The translations under genes were made by a program, and so were the position numbers. Shown here piece by piece: positions 24,610 through 40,449 of a stretch of 64,000 bases of DNA. The DNA comes from Bugula neritina (taxonomy: Eukaryota; Animalia; Bryozoa), in assembly GCA_964035545.1 (NCBI GenBank), contig OZ037772.1:5088233-5152232 (forward strand), given 5' to 3'. Each line of letters begins with the position of its first letter. The stretch's first letter is position 1. The notes under the pieces were generated by a model that saw only the letters and a program-made list of their open reading frames with translations, had not been told where the DNA came from and searched no databases.

Positions 24610-27600
24610 ATGGCTTTGATGAATGTTTTTCTGGTTCTATTTCTTTTACTTGTTCCAGCTGACTGTTCATGCTGTAAGTTTGTTTAATTTGCAATATTTT
24701 CTAAGAAATAAGCACAGGAAATATGTCAATCAGTTAGATTTTTATCATTAATTAAGTGAATCAAACGTTTATTAGACTATTTTGAAGATTATGTATTAAC
24801 TTGTCAAATCTCATTAATTAAGCTTCTTTGAACTTCAATTCAAACTTTTTTTATGCTTTGAATAACCAAATGTTCAATTTGTTTTTGAGTTGTAGGCATT
24901 TGTCGAGAACCATGTTTTCTATCTATTGCAATCTAATTATTGTATATCTTGATTCTGTTTAAGCATACATTTTTAGGATAGCATGCATTATTATACTGGT
25001 TAATATGTAATATGTCTGTTCCAGCTATAGATGTGTACACCAACCGAAACTACTCTTCCATCTTGGATACACACAACATGAAATACCTGCCCACTCACAG
25101 ACACTGCTTGGCTGTTTGTGCAATCAACCAATCATGTGCTGCTGTGTCATATGACAGAGTTACAAGCACCTGCAAGATGTCAGAAACACCAAGTGTGATT
25201 GTCAACTCATCTGACACTGAGGAAACAGCATCTGTCAAACAGATTCACTCTGATGACACTCAGGTTTATGAGTTCTCAACATTGCTTGCTAGTGGTAAAA
25301 TATAATATATATTGTATAGTCGTAAATAGAAACGTAAAAGCCTTCCAAAAGCAACCAGCTATAAACTCAACATTTTGTTGCAATACGTGTAAAGCTACAA
25401 GTTATGCGGATTACCAGATGAAATAGTTCTGCTTCTTGCAACTAAAACACTGAACGAGTCTTTGTGAAAAGTTTTGAACTCAGTTATATATAATAATTGT
25501 ATAAATCGAAATTAAAAGTGACTTTAAATGAATTTCTTTTAATTAAAATATCTGAAGTAGCTGCATTCTTGTAAATATAAAAGTTTTAACAAGTACTTAA
25601 ACTTTTATAAAAGCACATAGTTTTCTCCACTTGTGAATTATCAAATTGTTGTTGCAGGAAATTTTGTTGAACTGTCTAGTGAAGTTAATTGGCTTTCTTT
25701 TGATGGTTCCAAGGCTATTGATGGAATTTATCTTCCATCACAGCATGGAATATCTAAGTTTGGTAGCATGACCTACACACAGAGAGAACTGTCTCCATGG
25801 ATACAAGTGGATCTTCTCACTAATCACTTCGTGTACGGTGTCAAAATCTGGAACAGATCTGAACATCCAAATCCAGGTTCTTTAGACTTTTAGTTATCAT
25901 ATAGAAATAGAAACTTATCAAACCAGTACTGTGCTTCTCGAATATAATTTTTGTGTAAAAGTGACTTATTGCAGCACATGACAAATGGTTATAAGAGGGA
26001 AGGGATGGTTGAACCACGGGGCTTGTTGAACTAGGGGGCTAATTGAACCATATGCTCTAAATTTTCTTGTTTCAATAATTTTACTATTTTGCTTGTAAAT
26101 TTTCATGTCTGACCATTAAGCTAAACACTCTTAAGTAGATCTATAACTTATGAGTGTTTTTATAGCTGAACTGTCAAACATTTGGAATTATGTATATGAA
26201 ATCAAAACAGAATTGTTCAAATGAGCTAGTTTTTTTCAAATTTTTTGCATAAAAAATAAGCCAATTGTGCAAGTTTATTTCTCCATAAAAAGTTGCATGG
26301 CTTCTCAAATTTTGATAACTCAGTCACATGAATACAGGCGTGTATTATCAAAGTGATTTCAAAACTGGGCATTGACCTAAATTTGTAAGGATCTCTTTTT
26401 CACAGCAGATAACTGGCAGTGTGACAGTGTGGGTCTGGTTGAGACAAGAACATCATAGCAAGTGGGGCAAGTTGAGACAAGTACAACTCGCCCCACAATG
26501 AGTTAGTTTTACCATACTGATTATAATTCACATGTTCAATAATTAGTTAGGATTTTTCCTATAATTAGAGTTTTTCTGCCATCAATATCCAAATCCAAGC
26601 ATGCATTTAGTCCTAGAACAAATGGAAATATATTAGGTCAACAGTGTAATTGAACTATTCTGCAATTGTTTTCTAAATTCGGTGCAAAATTACATACAAA
26701 ACAAACAGGGAAACGAATAAGGAAAATTTTACTATAAAAACGAATATGGTAAAGCAAGCAGTGGCATATATCATCTAGTATTAAGTTGAGAGCTTTCAAA
26801 CAACCTTCTGAAAAGTTGGTTATATTCTGGTATTTTTTGATGTCAAATATTAGAGGACCCGATTTCATATTTTTAACTTATTCAAAGATGAAAATTGCAA
26901 AAAAATCTTTTGGAAGTTTTCCTACTAGTTTACTGCCACTGCTTGGGCTTAAGCGCTTCATTTGTATTGTCTATCTTTGTGATATTGAACGTTTGTAATC
27001 TCAAATCACATCAGGTGTTTCTGTTGTTTGCTTGAATGAGAATTTTTTTTGGCGCTTCTTATGTTATGTTATTGGTAATTTCTATTATAAATCATTTTCA
27101 GCTGGCACATATAGAAAGTGAAAAACGTTTATGTAATAAGATGAATAGCACTGAGTCAACTTTCCCGTCGGGTGGTTCAACATGCGCCCCTACTAAGCTG
27201 TTAGACCAAAATAATATTTACAGAAAATAATTTGCCCTATCTTATTGAGTAAAATGTTTGTGCATTTAGCTTTAATAGGCAAAGACAGCAACATATATGA
27301 CTGATTTTCATAGTGCCATAGTCTTTAGATTGGCAAAATGTTTTTTAAAGCCTATGCTTAAAAACAGAATTAACGGTTCAGCTATTAAAGCCCCTCCCTC
27401 TCCTACTTTATAAGCATGTTACTTAAGAACGGAAACTCATCAAGTTGGTATACTCTCTTTCTAGAATATTATATGCATGTGTGGTGTCAAGTAGCATATA
27501 ATATGACACGCGGTATATGTTACGCATGACACATAACGCATAACACAGGATGCACTGTACATGAAACAAAAACATCAATCATGACACATAATATCAAATG

Positions 27601-27946
27601 TCACTTATGACACGTGTCACATGACCATAATCTACAATCATCGTTCAAAGAATTTATATGACCTATATTTTAAGTTTTATTTAAATGTATAATTAATAAT
27701 TTTACAGAGGTCATTAAGAGACTGGCCAATGTGAGAGTAGCAGTTGGTGAAACTGACACTAACTTTGATGATCCACCAGAAGATGAGATCTGTAACTACC
27801 TTCCTGGACATCCGCAGCCTGCAGATATCTTTCTGGTTACATGTCATACTAGAATGTATGGTAGATATGTGAGAGTGACAGCTGTTAAAGTGAATAATAT
27901 ACTCAACATCTATGAGTTAGAGATTCATGGTTTAAAATTATTTTGA
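24610..27946 (+). CDS. Secreted PAN/apple + F-type lectin (fucolectin-like) protein A, ~263 aa
   Basis: Exons 24610-24673 (signal peptide MALMNVFLVLFLLLVPADC), 25025-25294 (HCLAVCAINQSCAAVSYD...C, PAN), 25658-25876 (SKAIDG...SPWIQVDL...KIWNR), 27708-27946 (GRYVRV...LNIYELEIHG); all introns phase 1. Confidence 0.85.
25993..27406. mobile_element. Non-autonomous TIR DNA transposon(s) in intron 3 of lectin A
   Basis: Imperfect inverted ends (agagggaagggatggttgaacc / ggttcagc...cccctccctctcc) and repeated GTTGAACC/GTTGAGAC subterminal motifs. Confidence 0.45.
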
Positions 27947-30002
27947 CAATTTCAACTGCGTTACAAACTAAAACTACTTCGTGTTCATAGTTACCACCTT
28001 TAAATGGCCTCAAAAAACTAATATTTGTTTATTCTTTGTTTCATATACAGTAACTTTATAACTGCCAACTAACAAAACATATACCGCATCACTTATTTAT
28101 AAAACAACACTGCTTATTGACCTGTGATGAATAATTTTCAACACATTTTGTTCTGCTCTGAATGTTTTTGTTTTTACTTAAAATATTACTTTAGCATCCT
28201 GTGGTTTATTAGTTAATAAGTTTTTTTGCCTGTAAAACATTACCTGTTTTGTCTGATAAAAAAAATTAAAATTCTCCGTGATGTTCATTTCCTGCTTTCT
28301 GTTAAAAATGCAACAGCTATTTATTTTTTGCAATAGACAATTATTTACTGCATAAACTTGCTTTGATACAGTTTTACCATCCGTCATCTAAGTCACATAG
28401 GCTACTGTCAAACAACTATTTAAGTTGGCTTCACTTAATTAGTTGTGTTTTTCGAAACAAATTAATTAGTTTATGAATATTCAATATAAAACTTAAAACA
28501 ATATTCTTTTAATTTCTGCATGGATATCAAATTAAATATTATAATATTGAATTTTTCTACATATTGAGGTAAACTTGCCGCAGCACAAGAGTATCACAGA
28601 ATAGATAAGTGCAACCATATATAACAGGTTGCCCTTATCTATCCTTATCCCTTATAAGCTATAACTGTAACTGCCTTGCTATGATTGCTTTATTAATAAA
28701 TAAATATACATTATCAGTATAATAATATGTCTAAACTAATTATGTTAAAATCAAATCGCAAACACTACGTTGTATTCGTGAAAAATTACTGGCATTTTTA
28801 ATTCTAATCTTTTAAGCAAACCTTTGGACAGAAACCTACCCATTCTTGAGTAATTTTGCTTGAGAAGTTGAGTTTCAGTATACCATGAAAGTAGCATACA
28901 TATGTAATTAATTCCATTCACATGTAATTGACTCCAACCTTGCCGCCGTTTCTGTCATCGTACATTCTACATTCTACAACTTATATAAATAATACAAAGT
29001 ATTACAAAAATTTGTCTTGTTACGAGTACGAAATCTCAGAATATTCTAATTTGCACCGTATAATATTTAGTATACAGGACACCAAAACGAACTTTAAATT
29101 AATAATCCAATAATTGTTATCAATGAAATAAAAATTACATTATCGATTCCAATTTTTTTAAAACTATATTTACCCGATTTCATATACCAAACAACTGCAA
29201 TTACATTAGGTATGCCGATGTTGACAAATTATTGAAGTCACACACTTGAATATTTTATGTTTGATTTCCTCAGTAAATTAAGTGAACTGACCTATTTACT
29301 GATTTAATGATTGGGATGTTTTTTACCGTATCGAAATCAAATTTCAATTATATTGCAAGACCCAAAACTTTATAGCGAGTTAGTGGCAGTACATGAGGCA
29401 GCCCTGCATAGTTTCTATACACATCTTTCTAGTTATGTTCATACAGTAATTGATGCACACAAACGTAAAGAAATGCCATTGTGTTTTTGTAATCTACAAA
29501 AGTCTTGTCTACTTCTGCTATGTTAGCAAACATAAGGAATACATAAAATTAAAGGCACACGCATTGACTACCATTTAAAGGATGGTATATGTATATCTTA
29601 CAGAGAGGAATTGTGCTGCTGACTATATTCAAGTACAGGATGCTTCACCTCGATCAATATTTCATTAAACTAAGATATGATGGAACATTACAAGCAAACT
29701 TACTTTACCAAAATGATGTTGATTATAATGAATAATGTTTTTCTTTATTATACTTACTCTACAATTTTAAATCATGTAAATTGCATCTTTTCCTTCCACT
29801 CAAATATTAAAGAAAAGTTGTGAGAAGCTTTATTTGAACCACACTTCATCTACAGAACCAGCTTTGATCAAACATCTAACAATTAAAATAATGGGCAACT
29901 CATTCAATTTGCTAGCAACACGTCTTAGAATACTACAAGCAAGCTCACTTCTTTTTATTATTTCATTTTTAGCTCGTCGACATTTAGGAACGAAATTCAT
30001 CC

Positions 30003-32163
30003 ATGCTGCTCTTCACTGTGTTATATCTGACAGGTATAGTATGAAATAACTTGTGTGTGTATATATATATTATCAATTCCATTGAATTCAATTAATTTTG
30101 TCAGCTGAATTTGCATTATTTAACTATTTGATTTATCATATAACTACAACGCAAGTATGTTTATTATGAATACATATATTGTTTAGTGCACCTTGTGACA
30201 CTTGTCACGAGTCAATGTGGCATGCGTACTGACAGATTCAGAAGATACAGTGTGCCAGAGAACATGCCTATCTCAACTCATCTGACGGGTGAGTCAACAT
30301 TTGCTCTGACTGCTGCCATTTGTCTCATAAAGTGTGTAGAGAAGCAGGGCTGCCAGGGAATGATTTATGATGTTAAGACAACGAGCTGTTTCCTGAAGGA
30401 ATGTGTGAATCCTCATCAGTTTACTGAGTATCAAGGATCTGACTCAGACTACCATATTCAGATATCACAGAGAGCCAATGTCGAGCCAAACAAACATCTG
30501 GCTAGAGGTAGGAATCAGTATAACAGCTGATTCAAATTTAAAATAATAGATAAGTATGTAAATGTACAGATAGGTCCTCTGTCTTTTTATCCAAACGGGC
30601 CTATGCAATTTTATATTCGTCTAACACTTTTTTCACAATCTGTTATTTGATTGATGGCGGTTGCTTGGAAGTGCAACAAAAAGATTTTTCAAAACTGTTC
30701 ACTGAACAAAATTGAAATAGCAACACAAAATTAGAATCAATCTAATATAAAGAACATTTAAAAGCATATTTTAGTTTAAAATAATATATACACCTTCTAT
30801 ACACGTTTTATATAGAGAAACCAGCTAAACTTTCTAGTGTGTTTGCTCTTGGAAATGGAGAAGAACACTCAGCTTCTAATGCAGTAGATGGTGTTTATGA
30901 TGGAGCTGACTCTGACATATTTTCTCTGGCTCACAGCCATCAGGAGTACAGACCCTGGTGGAGGGTGGATCTGGTTGGTACTCACTGTGTCTGGGCAGTT
31001 AACATTCTCAACAGATCTGATGGTAATTATTACGTCACATAATTATATTACTTTTACAAAATCAATAATTCCTCTGTTTTCAACAAGCATTTAATGATCA
31101 CTAAATTAAAATGAAGACATTCAACAGCATAGCGCATTTGTACATGTTTTATGTTTTTTTTGCAAACCGTGTGTAATTATAAAGAGCCAAGCAGTTAATA
31201 AATTAGATATCGTTCTTTTCCTAACGAAGAATAGCAAATAGTTAGTATGATGTTACTCAACATCAACAAATCCTTAAAACCACACCCATCAATTGACAAA
31301 CAGAACAAACTTGATAATACATGGTCTTAAATTGTTATGCAGTGAAAGATTTCAAGCTGGTAATTGTGTGCAAAAGCACTGCGTAACATTAATATTATCT
31401 TCATAATTGTATGGTCACCTTTGACTGCCGTGGTCTTGCGCGGGTGGCGGGTTTTTGTTTCATACCAGACTTTTCCATCGCACGCGATCTTCAGTATCTG
31501 CACCATTTAGATCAAGCCATTTAAGATCTAAGTTTATCGTATCACTCCATCTTCGCTTTGGTCTACCCCTCGGCCAAACTCCTTCAACTGTCATCTCTGA
31601 CACTTTCCCGATGTCATCCTCACTTTCTCTCTGTCTAACATGTCCATACCACTGCATTCGTCTCTCCCTCTTCAGGTCTCTAATTAGCATCACTCTGGCT
31701 TCTGCAGTTATTTCCTCATTTAGCTTAAGACCTTCTAAACTGAAATTCAAGCAGTATCGCAACATGCACATCTCACATGATGATATCTCATCCGCCAAAG
31801 ATTTTGTGGTGGGCCATGTTTGATTTCCATTTACTACATCTTCATCATTGTATGTGAGTGTTGTTTATAGCTATAGCCATATGACAATAAAAAAAGTAAA
31901 CATAAATGTGCATACTTTAAGAAAAATGGGGAAAACTTTGGCAAAGAACAGCAGACGCTGAGATTACAGTAGCAAAGACAGAAAAGGAGATAGAGTTTAC
32001 TGGAACAAACCCTGAAGTCCTGTGTTACTACCATGATGGAGTCCTTAACCGGTACTACACCTTGCTTACGTGTAAACAACCAATCAGAGGTCGCTTTGTT
32101 CAGATTTTGCTCAACGCAAATACTGAACTTAATTTTTATGAAGTGGAAGTGCATGGAATTTAA
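30003..32163 (+). CDS. Secreted PAN/apple + F-type lectin protein B, ~266 aa
   Basis: Exons 30003-30033, 30187-30507 (ICLIKCVEKQGCQGMIYD...C), 30816-31022 (ASNAVDG...AHS...PWWRVDL...NRSD), 31922-32163 (RGRFVQI...LNFYEVEVHGI*); H-x26-R-x-D fucose-binding spacing present. Confidence 0.87.
31425..31830 (-). mobile_element. RTE-clade LINE 3' fragment in intron 3 of lectin B
   Basis: RRMQWYGHVRQR...VEGVWPRGRPKRRWSD...DRVRWKSLV, typical RTE ORF C-terminus. Confidence 0.8.
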
Positions 32164-32564
32164 AGTTGAGCAAGTTATTTCAAGATAACTATAAAAAATA
32201 TCTTTTAATGCTCATGGTCATAATTTTTTTCAATTTGAAAAAAACATATATAATGTTTTGTTGATACCTATAATGCAATCAAGTGCATAAATATTTTTAG
32301 CTTTTATGAAGACAATATTAGTGCTACAGTGCTAAAGACCAAGTTAACGGCAGTGTCTACTTTAAGTTGATGTTAAAGCACGCAGGTCTTCAATCAGCAC
32401 ATTGTACTATGTTTATTTTTTTAAATTTTATTTGTTGTCAAAAGTACGAGTTGTGATATAGAACTTGTTGCTTTTTGTTTGCTTTTCTACCACATGGTTA
32501 TCGTGTTTTTAGCGTGTATTTGTTTGTTGCTTCTTTATTAGTGTGGGTGCGCGCGAGTGGGTGT

Positions 32565-32566
<2 letters not shown>

Positions 32567-32656
<90 letters not shown>
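32567..32656. repeat. (GCGT)n microsatellite
   Basis: Direct. Confidence 0.95.
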
Positions 32657-35075
32657 ATTAAGAGATTGTCATATACAATGAAGCTCACATTTAAACATGT
32701 CATCTAATCTTAATGAAGAAAATAAATTGTGTTGTGGAACAAACTAGTCTTGTTGATGTTGACTTCAATATTATTATAAACACTTGTGGGTCACAGACTA
32801 ACTTAGTGGTTTTGCTACATCAATTAAAGAGACATGGTTAAAGCATATACTACTCCTATACGTACTATACTACTACAAGCCTTGCACTGATCTTGTATGT
32901 TACTAGACTCAAGACAAATTTATATAGAGGTCTCTGTGAAACAGAAAGTATGTTTTGCTAGTGTCTCACACATAAATGAAAGAGAACTATGAGAAATAGA
33001 ATAAAAGCCCAGCTTGTATCGGAGAGATAACTCCTGGTACCAAAGTTTGAAGTTTGAAATAAATAACTTACTTAAGATAAAAATTGCTGCTAAAAATTTG
33101 ATAGTATGCTATACAACATGCAGTAGACAATGGAAATTAGTAAAAGGTGCAAGCTGCGAATACCAGCTTCAATTCCTACAAATATAATACAAAACCACAA
33201 TGTGCTCTGATCTAATACAACATTGTATAATAAATTTTTTGAGAGCACTATCAAACTCTGAACTTTGTGATGTATTCAATACATAATTATAAAAACGAAT
33301 AACATATTTAATGCTATAAATGCTATAAAATAAATATAAGATGATCGTAAGAGAAAATGTACTAAAGTTTAGAGGGAAAATTTGACAACAAAATTTGGGA
33401 AAACAAACTATGCATAAAATCGACAAAAATAAAACAACTTTTTGATGTTTGGGTAAACATAAGATGATGATTTGAGTACTTGATATTTGAATTTGTTCAA
33501 TTTGTATATATATGAGGATGAGGGTTGCATATGACAATACTTTATTTAAATATATTATTAACATAATCAAGTACCTTAAAACAGTTTGAAATATTGCACT
33601 TGATGTATCATGTTTTGATTGATAACATTTCCAACATTCTCCATTATATATGGACTAGGGGACAAACATACACACGCACACAGACACACGCACACGCACA
33701 CATGCATGTCTGCATATACACACATGCATACACACATGCATACACACATGCATACACACATGCATACACCCACAAACGCACATGTCTGTGCTGTTTTTTA
33801 TGACAGTGCAGCCTTAGATATTCAAATCTCTCAACAAAATTCCTCTCCTACTTGTTTATAGTAAATCTACTCCTGGAGATTGCGATAGGTTAACAGTTCT
33901 TTCATGTCTTTGAGAAGTTAAAATATTTACACCCATCATCTAAGCTGAGCAAACATGCAGTTGTTTAATGGCGCTGCATGTATCGCAGTATTGTATCTGA
34001 AAAACGTTGTTCAATGACAATAATTTATGGGTTTTTAATTAAGTTTAAAATTGTACTGGACCTAATAAGTATCAAATCATTTGATGAAAGCATCTGCTTC
34101 TAAGCCGGTATGAATTGTTTAGAGAAAGGGCATATATAGGAATTATCATATTGAAACTTGTTTAAGCTGTGATTTGAAAGTCATCAAGAATTGACTTAAT
34201 TAGTGTGAGTAGAAGGACAAATAGTGTATTAAGTACTCTAACTACAGTGCTTTGATTTAAGTACATTGTCAAATGCTTTGCAAACTCTACAGATAGTCCA
34301 AGGGAGAGTGAGTTTCTGACTTCCTAATCAACCAAAGTTTCAAGACCTTCCATCAATGTGTAAATGTTCTCATTTTACTGTAACAATCACGGATCATTAT
34401 TTGAGTAGATTATGGTTCATATTGCATCGAATTGAGCAGGCTCTCATGATGTATATGCCATGTTAATTACAACACACCAGCACACACATGTGTACATATA
34501 GATGACAGATATGGTTGTTTAATTTAAAACTCATATATATAATACTTAAGCTCAATGTAGGGTTGTCTTGCAACCTAGCTACACAACTATAGTTGGGCAT
34601 TCAGGCTCAGATATATTCTTGTTATAAGTTTTAATTCAACGACATATGCTGCTTTCTTTGATATACTACTGAATACATTCAAGTATACAAGTTCTTGATC
34701 TGCTGTAATCAATATTTCATTAAAGTTATAGGATATGATATAACGTTGGCAGCATGCAATATACATTACTAAATTGATGTAGATTATAATCAATAATGTT
34801 ATGTGTTGCTTACTTTACATTGAAAACTCAAATTAGAGTTTTCGTTTTGTTCAAAGTATTATGTAGATGAAAAACCATAGGCAGCTTTTGTTAAACCACA
34901 AGTTATTTACCGAGCCAGTTTTAATCAGACATCTAACAATTAAAATAATGAGATGCCCAACTGATTCTCTTTGCTAGGACAGCATTTATATCACATCTTA
35001 GTAGACTCCAGACAAACGCGGTTCTCTTTATTGTTTTATTTTAAACTGTATCAGCTGTAAGAATTACAATCAAGT

Positions 35076-37299
35076 ATGCTGGTCTGCATTACGTTATATG
35101 TCACAGGTACAGTATAAAAGAATCTGCATAACATATACATATACATAATTTATATTACAAAAGTCATAATGCATTGTACTGGTATACCATTTATTATGTA
35201 ATTTGTAGTGTATTTCACAAATGAGTATAAAGCTATATAGTCATGTTTCAATACAAAGTAGTGCACTATTTTGTATTGAAATATTTACAATACAGGTGTG
35301 ATTAAACAATTATTTTATTCCATTCAATGCTAGCATAATTTTTAAACTAACAAAAAAAACGTTGTTATAGCTGTATTTATTTGAACTTTATATAGCTTGA
35401 AAATGCAAAACTATTTAGTTTGTTCAGTTGAAAGTTAAAAAAGTATCTGTGCTATATCAGATCTTAGAAAAAACTTGAATCCCAAATTCTAAAGTTATTC
35501 AATTCTAATCATTTGACAAACTGTGGAGAATTCAAGCTCTAAAATTCATCTAAGTTTAAGATGTAATACTTTTAAATATTTTCATTAGGCTAATTGAAAA
35601 GCTATTATCAAAGTTGACTGCTTATCAAACATTTAATTATGAGTTTATTTACTGGAATCAAGATCGAACTAAGATATAGCCTAACGTTTGTCAAAAACTT
35701 GATATATTATATTTAGTTTATAAAAGTGCCTGTATTTATAATAATTGCAAATATTGTTTAGTGCACCTGGTGACACTTGTCATGAGTCAATGTGACATGC
35801 GTACAAACAGATTCAGAAGATACAGTGTGCCAGAGAACATGCCTGTCTCAACTCATCTGACAGGTGAATCAACATTCGCTATGACTGCTGCCATTTGTCT
35901 CATAAAGTGTGTAGAGAAAAAGGGCTGCCAGGGAATGATTTATGATGTTAAGACAACGAGCTGTTTCCTAAAGGACTGTGTGAATCCTCATCAGTTTACT
36001 GAGTATCAAGGGTCTGACTCAGACTACCATATTCAGATATCACAGAGAGCCAACGGGGAGCCAAACAAACATCTGGCTAGAGGTAGGAATGAGTAGCTAA
36101 ATACGAGTGGGTATTTTAAATATGATTAAAAGTCAAAATTTTACAAGTTAATATAAATTCCACAATTGATTTAACATCATCCATTTTTTTCTAACATTAT
36201 TTTGATAACCTGCTGCTCAATTGATTGCCTTTTTTGCAGGTGCAACAAATAAAGGTTTCAAAACTGGTCGATGAACAAAATTGAATAAGGCTAATTTAAA
36301 AAATAGAAGGTTATTTGTATTATTGCAATATTGTGCATTATTGGAACACATGGTTATAGTTTCTATATATGACCTTTGTAGAAAAACCAGCTAAACTCTC
36401 AAGTGTGTATAATGTTCCGTCAAATGGAAGAGAACACCCAGCTTCTAAGGCTGTAGATGGTGTTTATGATGGAGCTGACACTGACAGACTTTCTCTGGCT
36501 CACAGCCAACAGGAGTACAGACCCTGGTGGAGGGTGGATCTGGTTAACACTCACTGTGTCTGGGCAGTTAACATTCTCAACAGATACGGTGGTAAATACT
36601 GTCTCACTGCACATAACTATATTAGGTTCCCCAAAATCAATACTGATCACATTTTCAACATCCAACGAGTTTTTAATCATCATTAAGCTAAGAATAAAGA
36701 TTGTTGGTAGGCATAGTATATGTTGTCTGTGTTTAATATACAAACTGTTTCTTGATAAACTAAGCAGTTATAAATCAAACTTATTATTTTCCTATAAATT
36801 TTGAAGCATAAAAATAACTTACTTAACTATATTAAACATTTGGTAATTCTTAAGACAAAAATTTGCTTGGGTAAATTGAAAAAAAATGATTATGATACTT
36901 ACTATTGGTGATCTACACAGTGAATAACTCAAATCGATCTTATACCTAGTTACTGCATAAAGGATAAATCATATTTATTATATAGTAACTGTATGTAGAT
37001 GTTTTTATTGCTTGCTATACAATAAACAATGAAGTGGTGATAATCTTATACTTTAAGAAAATTGGGAAACCTTTTGGCAAAGGACAACAGACGCTGAGAT
37101 TACTGTAGCAAAAACAGAAGAAGAAATAGAATTTACTGGAACAAATCCTGAAGTGCTGTGTTATTACCATGATGGAGTTCTTAACCGATACTACACTTTG
37201 ATCACGTGTAAACAACCAATCAGAGGTCGTTTTGTTCAGATTTTACTCAATGCTAATACTTACTTAAATATTTATGAAGTGGAAGTGCATGGAATTTAA
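35076..37299 (+). CDS. Secreted PAN/apple + F-type lectin protein C (tandem paralog of B), ~267 aa
   Basis: Exons 35076-35106, 35762-36082, 36382-36591, 37058-37299; intact frame; same intron phases as B. Confidence 0.87.
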
Positions 37300-37794
37300 A
37301 TGTTAGAAAAATATTATAAGGTCATTGGAGAAAAGCCTCGCGACTACTTTCGATGTTCTGTTCGATTTGTTGGCAACAAATATATTTTGCTCTGTTCATC
37401 TCTCCTAAACAAATAAACATTTTAAATATGCTATGTTTTCTGCAAAAAAGAGCAATATTCTATGACATAAAAAAGTATTTTTAAGGCACCCTGATTATGA
37501 ATGTACATTTGTCAAAATATTTATATTTTAAGCCATTGTTCATTATGTTAAATTTTTAGTGAAAGTGTTTTTAAGTAATGTGAATTCTTATTATAGCATA
37601 TAACATGAGAGTATTTTTTTACTGTTTGTTTTTTTCAAAGTTCTATGAGCGCTTGCATATGTGTGTCTGTGTTTTGTGTTTGTAATCATGGAAAGGTTGT
37701 AGACAGTAAAGTTCACATCTAAGCATGTGGTGTACACTTCTTTCTAGTAGACTAAATAAACTGTGCTGACTAACAAACTGGTCCTATATTTATA

Positions 37795-39312
<1,518 letters not shown>

Positions 39313-39595
39313 ATATTCTGTTTCTATATAGAATATTATATGTGTGGTGTCAAGTAGCATATAATATCGCTCGTGGTATGTAAAGCATGACACATAACAC
39401 ATGATGCACTGTACATGAAACAAAAACATCAATCATGACACATAATATATCACATGACACATGTCACTTATGACACGTGTCACTAATGACACTTATGACA
39501 CGTATCACATCACCATAATCTACAATCATCTTTCAATGAAATAATTTGACCTAAACTTTAAGTTTTATTTAAATGTATAATTATTAATTTTACAG

Positions 39596-39834
39596 GGGTC
39601 ATTAAGAGACTGGCCAATGTAAGAGTAACAGTTGGTGAAACTGACACTAACTTTGATGATCCACCAGAAGAGGAGATCTGTGACTACCTTCCTGGACAAC
39701 CGCAGCCTGCAGATATATTTCTGGTTACATGTCATAGTAGAATGTATGGTAGATATGTGAGAGTAACAGGTGTTGAAGTGGATAATTATCTAAATATCTA
39801 TGAGTTGGAAATCCATGGTTTAAAATTATTTTGA
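39596..39834 (+). pseudogene. Orphan copy of the lectin-A last exon (frame intact; possible alternative terminal exon)
   Basis: tttacag acceptor, phase 1, 239 nt ending ...ELEIHGLKLF*. Confidence 0.7.
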
Positions 39835-40395
39835 CAATTTCAACTTTACAAGCTAAAACTACTTCTAGTTAAGTTTCGAATTACCACCCTCGCAATGGCC
39901 TCAAAAAAGTAATTTTTGGTAATTCTTTGTTTTATAAATAGGCTAGTTACTTTATAACTGTGGACTAACAATTATCATATCATATTGTGATAGATTTTAG
40001 TGGTGCAATCATTATATTGGTATTAATCAAAAAGGTCCACTCTATACTGTATATTATATTGTGAGTTCGACTACATCGACCTGTAGCTATGGACAGCAGT
40101 GGCACCACTAGTAACCACCAATCAGGACGGACACACTAATTGATAGCAGGTGGAGCTAGCTACTCGTAGTTGCAGTGCGCTGAGTAGCTAGCCGGCAGAG
40201 CAGCTTGGGACTTTATTTAGAGTAGTTGTGTATAAAGCTCACTACTTATGTAATCGTTTCTATTCATGTTAGCAGTAAATAAACCTTCTTGTATTCGTGT
40301 AAATAATAAACCTATCTTAGCGTAAACAACCTGGTGTAGTGGCTTTGTTTAAGTTGACCCACACATAATATAGTGAACTGCGAAATTCACTACAG

Positions 40396-40415
40396 TGGTG
40401 GCAGCGGTGGGATTC
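40396..40415 (+). promoter_or_regulatory. Primer-binding site, tRNA-Leu type
   Basis: TGGTGGCAGCGGTGGGATTC directly after the 5' LTR, complementary to the recalled tRNA-Leu 3' end GAATCCCACCGCTGCCACCA. Confidence 0.8.
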
Positions 40416-40449
40416 CACTTAATACAAATGCTCCTAGCCAGGGAGTAAG

